Source: a virus (lineage: Duplodnaviria; Caudoviricetes). Taken from it: a stretch of 62,035 nt of DNA. The notes below the pieces were generated by a model that saw only the letters and a program-made list of their open reading frames with translations, was not told the DNA's origin and searched no databases. Where the stretch lies: positions 1 to 62,035 of the IMG/VR virus record IMGVR_UViG_3300046170_000133; one strand, written 5' to 3'. The position numbers and the translations under genes were made by a program. Below, in pieces: positions 20,201-29,658 of the stretch. Each line of letters begins with the position of its first letter. Position 1 is the first letter of the stretch.

Positions 20201-22041
20201 TTAACAGTATTGATACCTTTGGGCAATTTGCTATTAAAACCGCTTCAGGTGCTACTGGCGATATGCTTAATTTTGGAGTAGATGGTGCTGATAGTTTAGC
20301 GTTTTTACAAGCACATGAAAAAGGCACTGATTTCATTCCTTTGGTTTTACAAAGATATGGTGGCAAGGTTGGAATTGGAACTGATTCGCCAGTATCAATT
20401 TTTCACACAAGAACTTCAGAATCTACTTCTAATCATAATTCAGGTGGTGGTTTTTCTTTAACAAGTTCATCAACAGCAAGTAGCAGAAACGCTAGAGTTT
20501 TCTTAGATGCAGACAATGGAAACTTTAGTACAAGTTCTGATGGTGCATACGCTTACCTTGAAAAGATAGGTGGTGGCGGAGCATTAAATATAATTAATCA
20601 AGATACAGCCGACATTAATTTAATGCATGGTGCTAATGTAAGATTAAAAATTAACACATCAGGGCAGATAGAAGGAGATATAGTAAACGGACATACTACA
20701 GAAAATACAGTAGCTAATGATGATGTTATAGCTTTCTACGATACTTCTGCTAGTGCAATGAGAAAAACTGCTATATCTAATTTACCCGGAGGAGGGGGAA
20801 GTGTTGCAGCAGATGATATTACTACAGGTGATGCGGCTGTTACTTTAGGAACTTCTTCAGGAGATATAACTTTAGATACTCCGGGAGACATTATTCTTGA
20901 TGCCGATGGCGATAATGTTTACTTTAAAGCAGGGGGAGGTAATCAAGCTTCATTTTCTTTTATAAATAGTGATGTTTATTTAGGTGTAGAAACACAAGAC
21001 AAAGATTTAATAATTAGAGGTAACGATGGCGGTTCAACAATAGTTGCCCTAACCCTTGATATGTCTGATGCAGGTACTGCTACCTTTAATCACGATGTAA
21101 AACTTGGTGATGATAGTATTCTTAAAATTGGAACTGATGGAGATTTACAGCTTACTCATAATAATAGTAATGGCACAATAAGTAACAGTACAGGTAATTT
21201 ATTATTAGATGTTGCTGGAGATATTATTTTAGATGCCGATGGTGGAGACATTAAATTTCAAGATGCTGGTACAGATATATTTTCTATTATAAATAATAGT
21301 AGTGATGCTAAATTAAAAATTGCTGTTCAAGATAAAGACTTACAATTTGAAGGTAACGATGGTGGTAGTGTCTTTACAGCTCTTACCCTTGATATGTCTG
21401 AAGGTGGCTCTGCAACTTTTAATAAAGATATTTTGTTATCTGATAATTCAGCTTTAAGATTAGGTACTGGTCAAGATTTGGCTCTGTTTCATGATGGAAC
21501 TGATTCAACTATTAGAAATACTACTGGAAATTTAATACTTGATGTAGCAGGAGATATAACTCTTGATGCTGATGGTGAAAATATAAAATTTTCTGATGCT
21601 GGAACTGAAGTAGGACAGATTGATTTAGGTTCTCAAAACTTTACTTTCAGATCACAGGTTGATGATAAAGATATAATATTTAGAGGACAAGATGGTACTT
21701 CGGAAATTGTTGCTCTTACCCTTGATATGTCAGAAGCTGGTGCAGCAACCTTTAACAACAACGTCACTGCTTTCTCAGACGAAAGACTAAAAGATAATAT
21801 TGAAACGCTTGAAGATGGTTTAGACAAAGTTGAACAACTTAGAGGTGTAACATATACCAGAGACGACAGAGAAGAAATAGGTGTCATAGCTCAAGAAGTA
21901 GAAAAGATTTTACCTGAGATAGTCTTAACTGCTAATGATGAAATGGGTACTAAGTCGGTTGATTACAGCAGAATAACTGCGGTATTAATTGAAGCAGTCA
22001 AAGAACTGTCTGCAAGAGTTAAAGAATTGGAAAGTAAATAA
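17263..22041 (+). CDS. Long tail fibre with C-terminal S74 intramolecular chaperone
   Basis: MALVLNDRVKET N-terminus; 7 GNDGG..ALTLDMS repeats; FSDERLKDNI...GVIAQEVE...LIEAVKELSARV. Confidence 0.9.
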   Translation: MALVLNDRVKETSTTSGTGTINLAGAVTNFETFVAGIGNSNTVYYAIVHQDQPEFEVGIGTVTDASPDTLSRTTILSSSNSDGLVSFSSGTKDVFCTLPASKAVFENASNEVGISSLNIVDGSSINGTITSSSNSLTLNGRNSGILILQTGSSERARLNSDALTLTAPKIAHASNLTIDTGGEITLDASDGIIRLKDDGTEFGKISQNSNNLRFFSTISDADILFQGNDGGSSITALTLDMSAAGKATFNSSVFIGNHLYLGDSKKAIFGAGEDLNIYHDGSNSFIQNDTGILNIKNDDIRFKTSGDETSLRAVANGAVEIMHNNSTKITTTSTGVDVTGTVTADGLTVDGSATFTTADNNPQLTLISTDADANVGPVLNLYRNSASPADGDVLGRILFKGEDDAGNDATFARIETIATDVSNGSENAKMEFYVAINDTFNPSLTLEDTGAATFNSSVTAGSFLQANGHISTGSNSGRLRAGLLNQIELSHNGTHGELDVDTGNLTLDVAGQIKLDADGGFITFEDGGTQFGYIENSSTDLVLGANTQDKDIIFKGNDGGSTITALTLDMSAGGKAVFASNIDFGDGHFIGNDGDDNLYIASSAGEKIRLDSPDEIILDADGGNITLTDGGTAIGQFQLNDTNHLKLGSKVSDADIRFFGNDGGSTITALILDMSEAGTATFNNGVVVQGDLTVQGTTTTLNTATLDVEDKNITVNFGSGDTSGSANGAGITIQDAVDANTDATILWDASNDEFDFSHTANVTGGVVAQTKLAVGVSAVHGSYGLYNQNNAYFNGGVTIDDNLAITAGSISITGDGSNATTLTESGSGDFTVDTVGNIVLNADGGGIQFYDGSDYIGSFGNSSSNFSIMSRTNDKDIVFKGIDGGSTITALTLDMSQAGAATFNAGATFGGGVTVNSGHVNIDAGLSYQWGDSHERIEQSDGNIEFFTNNSQSMTLSGSNLGIGTTSPNSPLEVTKSVTFNSIDTFGQFAIKTASGATGDMLNFGVDGADSLAFLQAHEKGTDFIPLVLQRYGGKVGIGTDSPVSIFHTRTSESTSNHNSGGGFSLTSSSTASSRNARVFLDADNGNFSTSSDGAYAYLEKIGGGGALNIINQDTADINLMHGANVRLKINTSGQIEGDIVNGHTTENTVANDDVIAFYDTSASAMRKTAISNLPGGGGSVAADDITTGDAAVTLGTSSGDITLDTPGDIILDADGDNVYFKAGGGNQASFSFINSDVYLGVETQDKDLIIRGNDGGSTIVALTLDMSDAGTATFNHDVKLGDDSILKIGTDGDLQLTHNNSNGTISNSTGNLLLDVAGDIILDADGGDIKFQDAGTDIFSIINNSSDAKLKIAVQDKDLQFEGNDGGSVFTALTLDMSEGGSATFNKDILLSDNSALRLGTGQDLALFHDGTDSTIRNTTGNLILDVAGDITLDADGENIKFSDAGTEVGQIDLGSQNFTFRSQVDDKDIIFRGQDGTSEIVALTLDMSEAGAATFNNNVTAFSDERLKDNIETLEDGLDKVEQLRGVTYTRDDREEIGVIAQEVEKILPEIVLTANDEMGTKSVDYSRITAVLIEAVKELSARVKELESK

Positions 22042-22697
22042 TGGCGTTACCAAGTTCTGGAGCAATAAGTTTAAATGAAATACACGTTGAAGCAGGAGGT
22101 TCTTCTGGCAGTCAAGTTAGTATCAATGATACTGATGTTAGAGATATAAAAGAAATTAGTTCTGGTGCTGCTAGTTCGTTTAACAATTTTTATGGAGCAA
22201 AAGCTCCTTTTACTTTTACAGGAACTGTAGGAGCAGATAATCAAGATTTGCCCGGAAACGACTATAATGCTGCTAGAAATTTTCGTTATAGAGGTTTTTC
22301 AAAATCTGCTACATTTGCTGGTGGTAGTTCTTTTGGTACATTAAGTCCTACTACTAATTCTGATTATGTTAATAATACTGAAATAATAGAGTTCGATACT
22401 AATGGTGATAATCCCGGATCAAGTGCTTCATCTGGCGGATGCGAATTTCAACTAGGAGTAGATAATGTTAGCGGAAGTGCTAATAATATAAACACTGATG
22501 CTTCTTTTAAAAAAGTAGATATAGGTGGTACTGTTTTTAACAGAAGTGACGCTGCTTATAGTAATGGCGGACCAGATGGTGTTGATACATATTGGGTATG
22601 GAGCTATACAACAACCATCCCTGCTAATCAAACAGACGCAATGTCACCTTTTGGTGCAGCAGGTACTTCTTATACCGGTAAACTTAGAGGGCAATAA
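22041..22697 (+). CDS. Probable fibre-tip/receptor-binding protein
   Basis: MALPSSGAISLNEIHVEAGG...SFNNFYG N-terminal module typical after S74 fibres. Confidence 0.6.
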   Translation: MALPSSGAISLNEIHVEAGGSSGSQVSINDTDVRDIKEISSGAASSFNNFYGAKAPFTFTGTVGADNQDLPGNDYNAARNFRYRGFSKSATFAGGSSFGTLSPTTNSDYVNNTEIIEFDTNGDNPGSSASSGGCEFQLGVDNVSGSANNINTDASFKKVDIGGTVFNRSDAAYSNGGPDGVDTYWVWSYTTTIPANQTDAMSPFGAAGTSYTGKLRGQ

Positions 22698-23722
22698 TGT
22701 CTAAAATAAAACTTAGTGAATTTGACGCTAGTTCTTCTGAGGAAAATACTGAAGTTAAAAGCGACATAGACGAAAATGATCAGCCTTTTCAAAGATTATC
22801 TGTTTGGTCAACTCATCCAATTACAAAACAAAAAATTAGATGGGAATGGAATAAAACAGATAGTTCTGAAATTATATCCTACACAGATAATGAGCCTTAC
22901 GTTGAAGAAGATGATATTGATTACTATCAAGCTTTATTTCAAGCAAATAAATATCGTAGTTACTTAACTGATAACACTTTAATCCCAGCAACATCAGAAG
23001 ATAATGCAAGCTTATCTCCTGCTGTACCAAAAAATCCTAATACTTATGATGAAGTTTATGTAAATAAAAAATTAATAAGAGTAGATTACAATATAGGACT
23101 TTCTCAAGCAGACCCTTTACTTGCAGAAATAGAAACAGTTTTTGGAGCAGAACAAGATTGGGACAAAAATAGATTTAATATTATTGGAACTTATATAGAA
23201 CATGATGATGCACCACTAAGACCGCCTTACACAAATGTTAAAACTTATAGTTGGTATGACGTTTTTACAGAAGTTCCTGAAGACAGATTAAATACTTTTA
23301 AAGTACCTAGTGTTGGCTACACTTATAAAACATGGCACTCTATAAAATACAATACAGTTTCAGGTAAAAAACAACTTAAATTAGTTATAGCAGATAATGA
23401 TTACACAAGTAACTATCAAGAACATCCTGATACATTTATACCTAGACCAGATGTTCCTGTGTATGCAGACGGAACTTTTTTCTTTGCCAAAATATTTAAT
23501 GAAGATGGTACAGAAGCAGATGAATACGATGTGTTTTTTACAACAACAACAGATATTATGAAAAAGTTCTGTGCAAAAAAAGAACTTTCTTTTCCTGTGC
23601 CAGAAAGCAGAGAAGATGATTTTATTTGGATATATGGTTTAGTTTATGACAAGAATACATTAGCAATAAAACAAGTTAAAGGCTATGTTAGATATGCAGT
23701 AAATGAAGGCGAATGGCTTTAG
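22697..23722 (+). CDS. Hypothetical protein
   Basis: 341-aa coupled ORF. Confidence 0.6.
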   Translation: MSKIKLSEFDASSSEENTEVKSDIDENDQPFQRLSVWSTHPITKQKIRWEWNKTDSSEIISYTDNEPYVEEDDIDYYQALFQANKYRSYLTDNTLIPATSEDNASLSPAVPKNPNTYDEVYVNKKLIRVDYNIGLSQADPLLAEIETVFGAEQDWDKNRFNIIGTYIEHDDAPLRPPYTNVKTYSWYDVFTEVPEDRLNTFKVPSVGYTYKTWHSIKYNTVSGKKQLKLVIADNDYTSNYQEHPDTFIPRPDVPVYADGTFFFAKIFNEDGTEADEYDVFFTTTTDIMKKFCAKKELSFPVPESREDDFIWIYGLVYDKNTLAIKQVKGYVRYAVNEGEWL

Positions 23723-23891
23723 AAATAAACACAAAAAAAGTTAATAAAAAATTTAATGAAAAAATTAAATTAGAAAACAAATATAAAAAAGAGTTTGAAA
23801 AAAAATTCTACAATGAAAAAAAATGCTTGGAAGAATAGTAATATGCTTTAGCAGGTTAACAAAAAAAACAATAGATATAAAAGAGGTATAA

Positions 23892-24587
23892 ATGTTTGGT
23901 ATTTTAGCTTTTGCTGAAGGAGCATTTTCAGAATTAACAGCTACAGGTGACGTAGAAGTTTCAATAACAGGAGTAAATGCAACTGGTCAAACTAGTACAG
24001 CGTCAGCTCAAGGCTCAGCTTTATTACTAGTTTCTGGTAATGCAGGTACAAGTGTATTAGGAAACATCAATTTAGATATAACTGTTTTAGTTGCTGAAAC
24101 AGGTTTAGAAGCTGTATCCAGTTTAAATAACATTACTTTATCAACTCAAGTTTTAATTGCTGTTACCCAAAGTGCTTTGACAAGTGCATTAGGTAATGAG
24201 GTTGTTATAGGAAATGCAGTTACTGGAGTAACAGCTACAGCATCTACATCTAATTTAGGTGATGAAACTATAATAGGTACAGCAAATGTTGCGGTAACTG
24301 GTACAGAAGCAACGTCTGCTATTGGAAATCAAACTGTTGTTCCACAAATGAAATTTGAAGCAACAGGTTTTAGTGTTACTAATTCTTTAGGAAATGTTTT
24401 AGTTACTGCAGGTTCAGTAGTAATACCAACAGGAATACAATCAACTATATCTATAACTAGTGTTACAGTTTGGGGTTTAGTTGATGATTCACAAACGTCA
24501 GGTTTTACACCTGTTACAGATTCACAAACAGCAAATTGGTCAGAAGTATCTGATACACAATCTCCCAGTTGGGATGAAGTTGCATAA
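23892..24587 (+). CDS. Tail structural protein with V/T/G-rich repeats
   Basis: MFGILAFAEGAFS start; VTG..ATS..G repeats; C-terminal DSQT..W repeats. Confidence 0.7.
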   Translation: MFGILAFAEGAFSELTATGDVEVSITGVNATGQTSTASAQGSALLLVSGNAGTSVLGNINLDITVLVAETGLEAVSSLNNITLSTQVLIAVTQSALTSALGNEVVIGNAVTGVTATASTSNLGDETIIGTANVAVTGTEATSAIGNQTVVPQMKFEATGFSVTNSLGNVLVTAGSVVIPTGIQSTISITSVTVWGLVDDSQTSGFTPVTDSQTANWSEVSDTQSPSWDEVA

Positions 24588-24599
24588 TAAGGAGTTTAT

Positions 24600-25760
24600 A
24601 TGGCAAGTACATATGATAATGATTTAAGATTAAATGAAATGGCTACTGGTGATGGTAGTGGAACTTGGGGTGAAACTACTAACCTCAATTTATCTATGAT
24701 TGCAGAAGCATTTTCATATCAGACTGAAGCTACTTTTGGTTCTGATGCAAATGTCACAGCTACTATTGCTGATGGAGCTAGTGATAAATACAGAGGCATG
24801 TATATAAAAGTTACTTCTTCTACTTCTTTATCTGCAAGTAGAGATTTAACTATTGGTCCTACTACAGTTTCTAAAGTTATTTTTATTGAAAATTCAACAT
24901 CAGGTTCACAGTCTATTATAGTTAAACAAGGATCAGGTAATTCTGTAACTATTCCAAATGGCAAAAGCAAAGTTTGTTTTTTAGAAGGTACTGGATCAGG
25001 AGCTGGTGTATATGATGGCTTAGATAAATTAGCTTTATCTGCTAATGTCACTATAAACAATCAAACTCCTATAAGTTCAGGTAGTACAAATACTTTTACT
25101 AATAAAACCTTTGATGCTAATGGAACAGGTAATAGTATTACTAATATAGAAAATGCTGACATAAGTGGTTCGGCTGCAATTGCTTTTAGCAAAATGGCAA
25201 ACCTTACTGCTAGCAAAGCTTTACAATCTGATGGTAATGGTGACGTAAGTGCAAGCGGTGTAACTAATACTGAGCTTGGTTATTTGTCTGGAGTAACTAG
25301 TGCAATACAAACACAAATACAAAACATATATCCAGTGGGTTCTATTTATATTAATGCTGCAGTATCAACTAATCCTAGTTCTTTAATAGGTTTTGGAACT
25401 TGGGTACGCCATGGTGAAGGTAGAGTATTAGTTAGTCAAAATGATTCTGACAGTTCTTTTGATACTTTAGGAGAAACAGGCGGTACTAAAGATGCTGTTG
25501 TAGTTGACCACACTCACTCAGTTAATGAATCAGCACACCAACATAGTACGTTTATTCCAAAATTTTTAAATTATACTGCCGATAATTTTAGTGGTCGAAG
25601 CAGTTTAGAATCTGCTTTAATTAATAATGCTAATGGTGGTGTAGATATTACAACTACCTCTGTAACTACAGGTGTTTCTATAAATAGTGCAGGTGAATCT
25701 GGTACAAATAAAAACTTACAACCATACATAACTGTATATATGTGGAGAAGAACAGCGTAA
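24600..25760 (+). CDS. Short tail fibre/baseplate-like protein (gp10-like C-terminus)
   Basis: GTWGETTN N-terminus; YPVGSIYI...GFGTW...NLQPYITVYMWRRTA. Confidence 0.75.
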   Translation: MASTYDNDLRLNEMATGDGSGTWGETTNLNLSMIAEAFSYQTEATFGSDANVTATIADGASDKYRGMYIKVTSSTSLSASRDLTIGPTTVSKVIFIENSTSGSQSIIVKQGSGNSVTIPNGKSKVCFLEGTGSGAGVYDGLDKLALSANVTINNQTPISSGSTNTFTNKTFDANGTGNSITNIENADISGSAAIAFSKMANLTASKALQSDGNGDVSASGVTNTELGYLSGVTSAIQTQIQNIYPVGSIYINAAVSTNPSSLIGFGTWVRHGEGRVLVSQNDSDSSFDTLGETGGTKDAVVVDHTHSVNESAHQHSTFIPKFLNYTADNFSGRSSLESALINNANGGVDITTTSVTTGVSINSAGESGTNKNLQPYITVYMWRRTA

Positions 25761-25933
25761 TGAGCAAGGAAGCTTTAAACAAAATAGAAACTCACGAGAA
25801 AGAATGTACTATTCGGTATCAAAATATCGAAAAGCGTTTAGATGAAGGTGCTAATAGATTTACTAGAATTGAGTTATTAATAGTAGGTGTTTATGCAGGA
25901 ATGGCTGCTATTGAAATAGTCTCTAGTTTATGA
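25760..25933 (+). CDS. Small coiled-coil + TM protein (holin-like?)
   Basis: HEKECTIRY...C-terminal hydrophobic helix. Confidence 0.55.
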   Translation: MSKEALNKIETHEKECTIRYQNIEKRLDEGANRFTRIELLIVGVYAGMAAIEIVSSL

Positions 25934-25942
25934 GGAAAAAAA

Positions 25943-26365
25943 ATGTATGAATATAATTGTGAAGTTGAAAGAATTGTTGATGGCGATACCATCGATGTTG
26001 TGTTGGACCTTGGGTTTGATATTCTTTATAAGTCTCGTGTTCGTTTATATGGTATTGATACTCCCGAGTCACGCACTCGTAACTTGGATGAAAAAGCTAG
26101 AGGAAAATTGGCATCTGCGTTTTTAGAAAATGCAATTAATACAGCAGAACAAGTAGTAATTAGAACAGAATTAAAAGATTCTCGTGGCAAATATGGCAGA
26201 GTATTAGGTAGCGTCATATGTGATGGCAAAGATATAAATGTAGATATGATAGATAATTACATGGCAGTGAAATACTTTGGACAAAGTAAAGAAGCAGTAG
26301 AAGCAGTTCATATGTCAAATCGAACCAGACTTATAGAGTTAGGAGTTTTTACACCAGATGAATGA
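25943..26365 (+). CDS. Thermonuclease (SNase-like)
   Basis: IVDGDTID, RVRLYGIDTPESR, GKYGRVLG. Confidence 0.88.
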   Translation: MYEYNCEVERIVDGDTIDVVLDLGFDILYKSRVRLYGIDTPESRTRNLDEKARGKLASAFLENAINTAEQVVIRTELKDSRGKYGRVLGSVICDGKDINVDMIDNYMAVKYFGQSKEAVEAVHMSNRTRLIELGVFTPDE

Positions 26366-26708
26366 AGTAGTTCAATTAATAAATGAAGTTGGTTTTCCAA
26401 TAGCTGCAGCCGGTGGGTTAGGATTTTTTATATGGAAACTTATTAACAGAATTATAGATGGCATGGAAAGTAAAATAGATACAGTTGATGACAAAGTGCA
26501 AGCACAATTAAATGCTTTAGAAGAAAGACTTGGCACAAAATTAGATAGTCAACATGGAATATTAGTATCATTAATTGATAGAGTAAGAAGTCTTGATAAT
26601 GAAATTATTAGGCAAGATACTTTAGTCAAAACAATTTTAGGTGTGCCACAACTAATAGATAGTCAAAAGATTGCTAAAGCAGATAGAGATGACCAGAGAA
26701 AAGACTAA
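26358..26708 (+). CDS. Membrane protein, holin-like
   Basis: VGFPIAAAGGLGFFIW TM followed by coiled coil. Confidence 0.55.
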   Translation: MNEVVQLINEVGFPIAAAGGLGFFIWKLINRIIDGMESKIDTVDDKVQAQLNALEERLGTKLDSQHGILVSLIDRVRSLDNEIIRQDTLVKTILGVPQLIDSQKIAKADRDDQRKD

Positions 26709-27171
26709 AAGAATATTAGAAAAAATAATGATTTCTGGATTTTTATTTACTGTCTTATTAATATTTGGTCAACATATTTTTGCAGATCAACTAACACATA
26801 AATTTAAGTCGCCAAGCTTTAGTGGTAATGGCACATCGAGTCATTATTTAACTATAGAAAATCAAGAACATACTAGAAAAATGACTATCAAAGAAGAGTT
26901 GCAAGCATTGCAAGATGAACTAGAACGTGATGCTGAAAATACTACTCTAGCTAGGTTTGTTAGAAATTTTGAATCTAGAATATATGCACAGCTATCAAGA
27001 CAACTAGTTGATAATTTATTTGGTGAGACTCCTAAAACAGAAGGAACTTTTGAATTAGAAGGTAGCACCATATCTTATGTAAGTGATGGCGTAACAATAA
27101 CTTTAAATGTATTAGATCAAGATGGCTCAACAACAACTATTTCTATTCCTGTCGGTTCTTTTACTTTCTAG
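26689..27171 (+). CDS. csgF: Curli assembly protein CsgF-like
   Basis: Signal peptide then LTHKFKSPSFSG, ESRIYAQLSRQLVDNLFG, TTTISIP; adjacent to csgG. Confidence 0.82.
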   Translation: MTREKTKRILEKIMISGFLFTVLLIFGQHIFADQLTHKFKSPSFSGNGTSSHYLTIENQEHTRKMTIKEELQALQDELERDAENTTLARFVRNFESRIYAQLSRQLVDNLFGETPKTEGTFELEGSTISYVSDGVTITLNVLDQDGSTTTISIPVGSFTF

Positions 27172-27922
27172 TTGTAGTTTGTTTCAGAACCTAAAAATTT
27201 TAGAAGAAGAATATAAAGCAGGCAAAGATCAATCTGCAAGCGTAGTTGGTATATTTTCTGATGAGTTGCTTAATGCACAAGCTCCAAAACAAAAACCAGT
27301 AATAGCAGTTTATCCAAATAGTTTTACTGATCAAACAGGACAAAGAAAAAGTAATAGTTCTTACGCTTTATTTTCTACAGCAGTAACTCAAGCACCACAA
27401 GCTTTACTTATTAGAGCTTTAAAACATACTGCTCGTGGTAAATTTTTTGTAGTAGTTGAAAGAGTTGGCTTAGATAATCTTACTAAAGAAAGACAGCTTA
27501 TTCGTTCATCAAGAAACGAAAAAGAAAAAAAATTAAAACCATTATTGTTTGCAGGAATAATAATGGAAGGTGCAGTAATTTCTTATGACACTAACCTACG
27601 TACAGGAGGTATGGGAGCAAGGTATTTAGGACTAGGCTCTAGTATAGAATATCGTGAAGATATAGTTAGTGTTAGTTTAAGATTAGTTTCGGTGTTGACT
27701 GGTGAAATACTTGTAGAAGTTTTAACTGAGAAAACTATATTTAGTTATGGAAAAACTCAAGACGCTTTTAAATTTATTGAACAAGGTACAGAACTTGTAG
27801 AAATAGAAGTTGGTAACGCAGTCAATGAAAGTCCAACAATAGCTTTACAAAAAGCAATTGAAGGAGCAATTCTAGAAATAGTTAATATAGGATATGAAAG
27901 GAGGTTTTGGTCTTATGAGTAA
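27122..27922 (+). CDS. csgG: Curli secretion channel CsgG-like lipoprotein
   Basis: Lipobox LSSC; FTDQTGQRK, FSTAVTQ, VVERVGLDNLTKERQLIR, GGMGARYLG. Confidence 0.92.
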   Translation: MAQQQLFLFLSVLLLSSCSLFQNLKILEEEYKAGKDQSASVVGIFSDELLNAQAPKQKPVIAVYPNSFTDQTGQRKSNSSYALFSTAVTQAPQALLIRALKHTARGKFFVVVERVGLDNLTKERQLIRSSRNEKEKKLKPLLFAGIIMEGAVISYDTNLRTGGMGARYLGLGSSIEYREDIVSVSLRLVSVLTGEILVEVLTEKTIFSYGKTQDAFKFIEQGTELVEIEVGNAVNESPTIALQKAIEGAILEIVNIGYERRFWSYE

Positions 27923-28634
27923 CTTTTTAAAAATATATGTTTTATTTTTTGCAATGATTACGTTTGCAGATAATGAAATATATATCGATCAGTCTGGTGC
28001 TACCGCTAATTTAGACATAGAGCAACAAGGTGGTAGCAATTTAATAGGTGGCACAACTGCTACTGCAGGTTCTTTAACTGCTTTAGATTTAGATGGTGCT
28101 ACTATGACATTAGACATAAATCAAATAGGTGCTTCTAATAAATTTTTAGGAGATATTTGGGCAGATAGTTATACAGGATTTTTTAATTTTGCAGGAGATA
28201 GCAATGTCTTCAACATGCAAACTGATCCTAGTAATACTTTTGGAGCTGATAACTCTAATGTAAATGTAGCAGTCACAGGCAATACAAACACTTTTACTCT
28301 TAATCAAGCTACTGCAGCTTTAGCTTCAGGTCTTGATTTAGATTGGATCATACAAGGAGGAGGTAATTCTATTACTGCCTCTATAGATATAGATGGTGCA
28401 ACAAACTATATGAATATAGATGGAAATGATAATACTGTTACATACGATGGCGATGGCACTAATGCCAGTGCTAATGGGTATTTTCATTTAACGCATGGTA
28501 GTGGAAACTCTAGGACATTTAATGTTACACAACAAAGCACACTTAATAACGACTGGCTTAAGATTGATTCTACTGGCTCTAATGGTACTTTCTGTATTAA
28601 CCAAGACGACCAAGGTTCAAGCACAGGCTGTTAA
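27915..28634 (+). CDS. Secreted curlin-like beta-solenoid protein
   Basis: Signal peptide; repeated IxQxGxxN-type arcs (IDQSG, IEQQGGSN, INQIGASN, IIQGGGN); directly after csgG. Confidence 0.6.
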   Translation: MSNFLKIYVLFFAMITFADNEIYIDQSGATANLDIEQQGGSNLIGGTTATAGSLTALDLDGATMTLDINQIGASNKFLGDIWADSYTGFFNFAGDSNVFNMQTDPSNTFGADNSNVNVAVTGNTNTFTLNQATAALASGLDLDWIIQGGGNSITASIDIDGATNYMNIDGNDNTVTYDGDGTNASANGYFHLTHGSGNSRTFNVTQQSTLNNDWLKIDSTGSNGTFCINQDDQGSSTGC

Positions 28635-29658
28635 TATAGGAGATATTTCTGAGCTAAATGGTAGTGCAGAAATAGTAAGAGACAAACCTTACGATGCTAA
28701 ATTAAAATTTGCTATTCAACAAAACGATCAAGCTGTTACAAAGAACGGAAGACTAGCCATAAAATTTTTAGATGACTCGCAAGTAAAACTTACTGAGTTT
28801 TCTGAATTAGTTATAGACGAATATATTTTTAATCCTGACCCTAGTAAATCAAAGATGGCTTTAAAATTTACTTTAGGTACAGCTAGATTTATTACAGGGA
28901 CATTTAATAAAATAGATAAACAGAACATAAAGTTATCTACACCAACAGCTAACATAGCAATCAGAGGTACAGACTTTACGGCAACAGTTGATGAATTAGG
29001 TAGAAGTCTAATTATTTTATTGCCAGATAGATTAGGTTTATCTAGTGGCGAAATAGAAGTTGTGACTGCTACTGGAAGCGTTTTGTTAAATAAACCTTTT
29101 GAATCTACTACTGTATCTGTATTTGAGTCATCACCAACTAAACCTTTAGTCTTAGACTTAACGCTTGATTTGATTGACAATATGTTAATTGTTACACCTC
29201 CTAAAAAAAATAAAGAGTTAATAGAGACTGAAACAAGCAAGCAAGATACAGTTTTAGATTTTAATGATTTAGATATTGATTATCTTGATGAAGATTTTTT
29301 AGACTCGGAAGAAGAATTAGAATTTACTGAATTAGATATAAATTTTTTAGATGTTAATTTCTTAGAAGACTTGTTAGATATAGTAGACGCTTTAGCTATA
29401 GCCGAAGAAGAAGATAAATTAAAACAAACTTCAGGAATAAATATAGTTGGCACAGAACTTGGACAAGATAAAGACACACAAATAACTACATTAGTTACTG
29501 GTCAATATGTAAGCTTCCGCAGAAATGTAAATCAAAACTTACGTTTAGACGTAGATGGTAGCAATGCTTACACATTAATTTTTGAACAAGATGGTGTAAA
29601 CAAAGTTGTTAAAGTAAATGGAGGAAGTGATTCAACAATATCACTCAGTCAGCAATAA
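28495..29658 (+). CDS. FecR-domain periplasmic protein with acidic C-terminal region
   Basis: TM/signal; IKFLDDSQVKL, GTARFITG, TPTANIAIRGTDF. Confidence 0.82.
   Translation: MVVETLGHLMLHNKAHLITTGLRLILLALMVLSVLTKTTKVQAQAVNIGDISELNGSAEIVRDKPYDAKLKFAIQQNDQAVTKNGRLAIKFLDDSQVKLTEFSELVIDEYIFNPDPSKSKMALKFTLGTARFITGTFNKIDKQNIKLSTPTANIAIRGTDFTATVDELGRSLIILLPDRLGLSSGEIEVVTATGSVLLNKPFESTTVSVFESSPTKPLVLDLTLDLIDNMLIVTPPKKNKELIETETSKQDTVLDFNDLDIDYLDEDFLDSEEELEFTELDINFLDVNFLEDLLDIVDALAIAEEEDKLKQTSGINIVGTELGQDKDTQITTLVTGQYVSFRRNVNQNLRLDVDGSNAYTLIFEQDGVNKVVKVNGGSDSTISLSQQ

Noticed and set aside
17263-22697. Diversity-generating retroelement acting on the fibre
   Set aside because: No reverse transcriptase and no adenine-specific TR/VR pair seen
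23713-23890. A-rich stretch with a 41-aa Lys/Glu ORF
   Set aside because: Low complexity; cannot distinguish a real small gene from spacer
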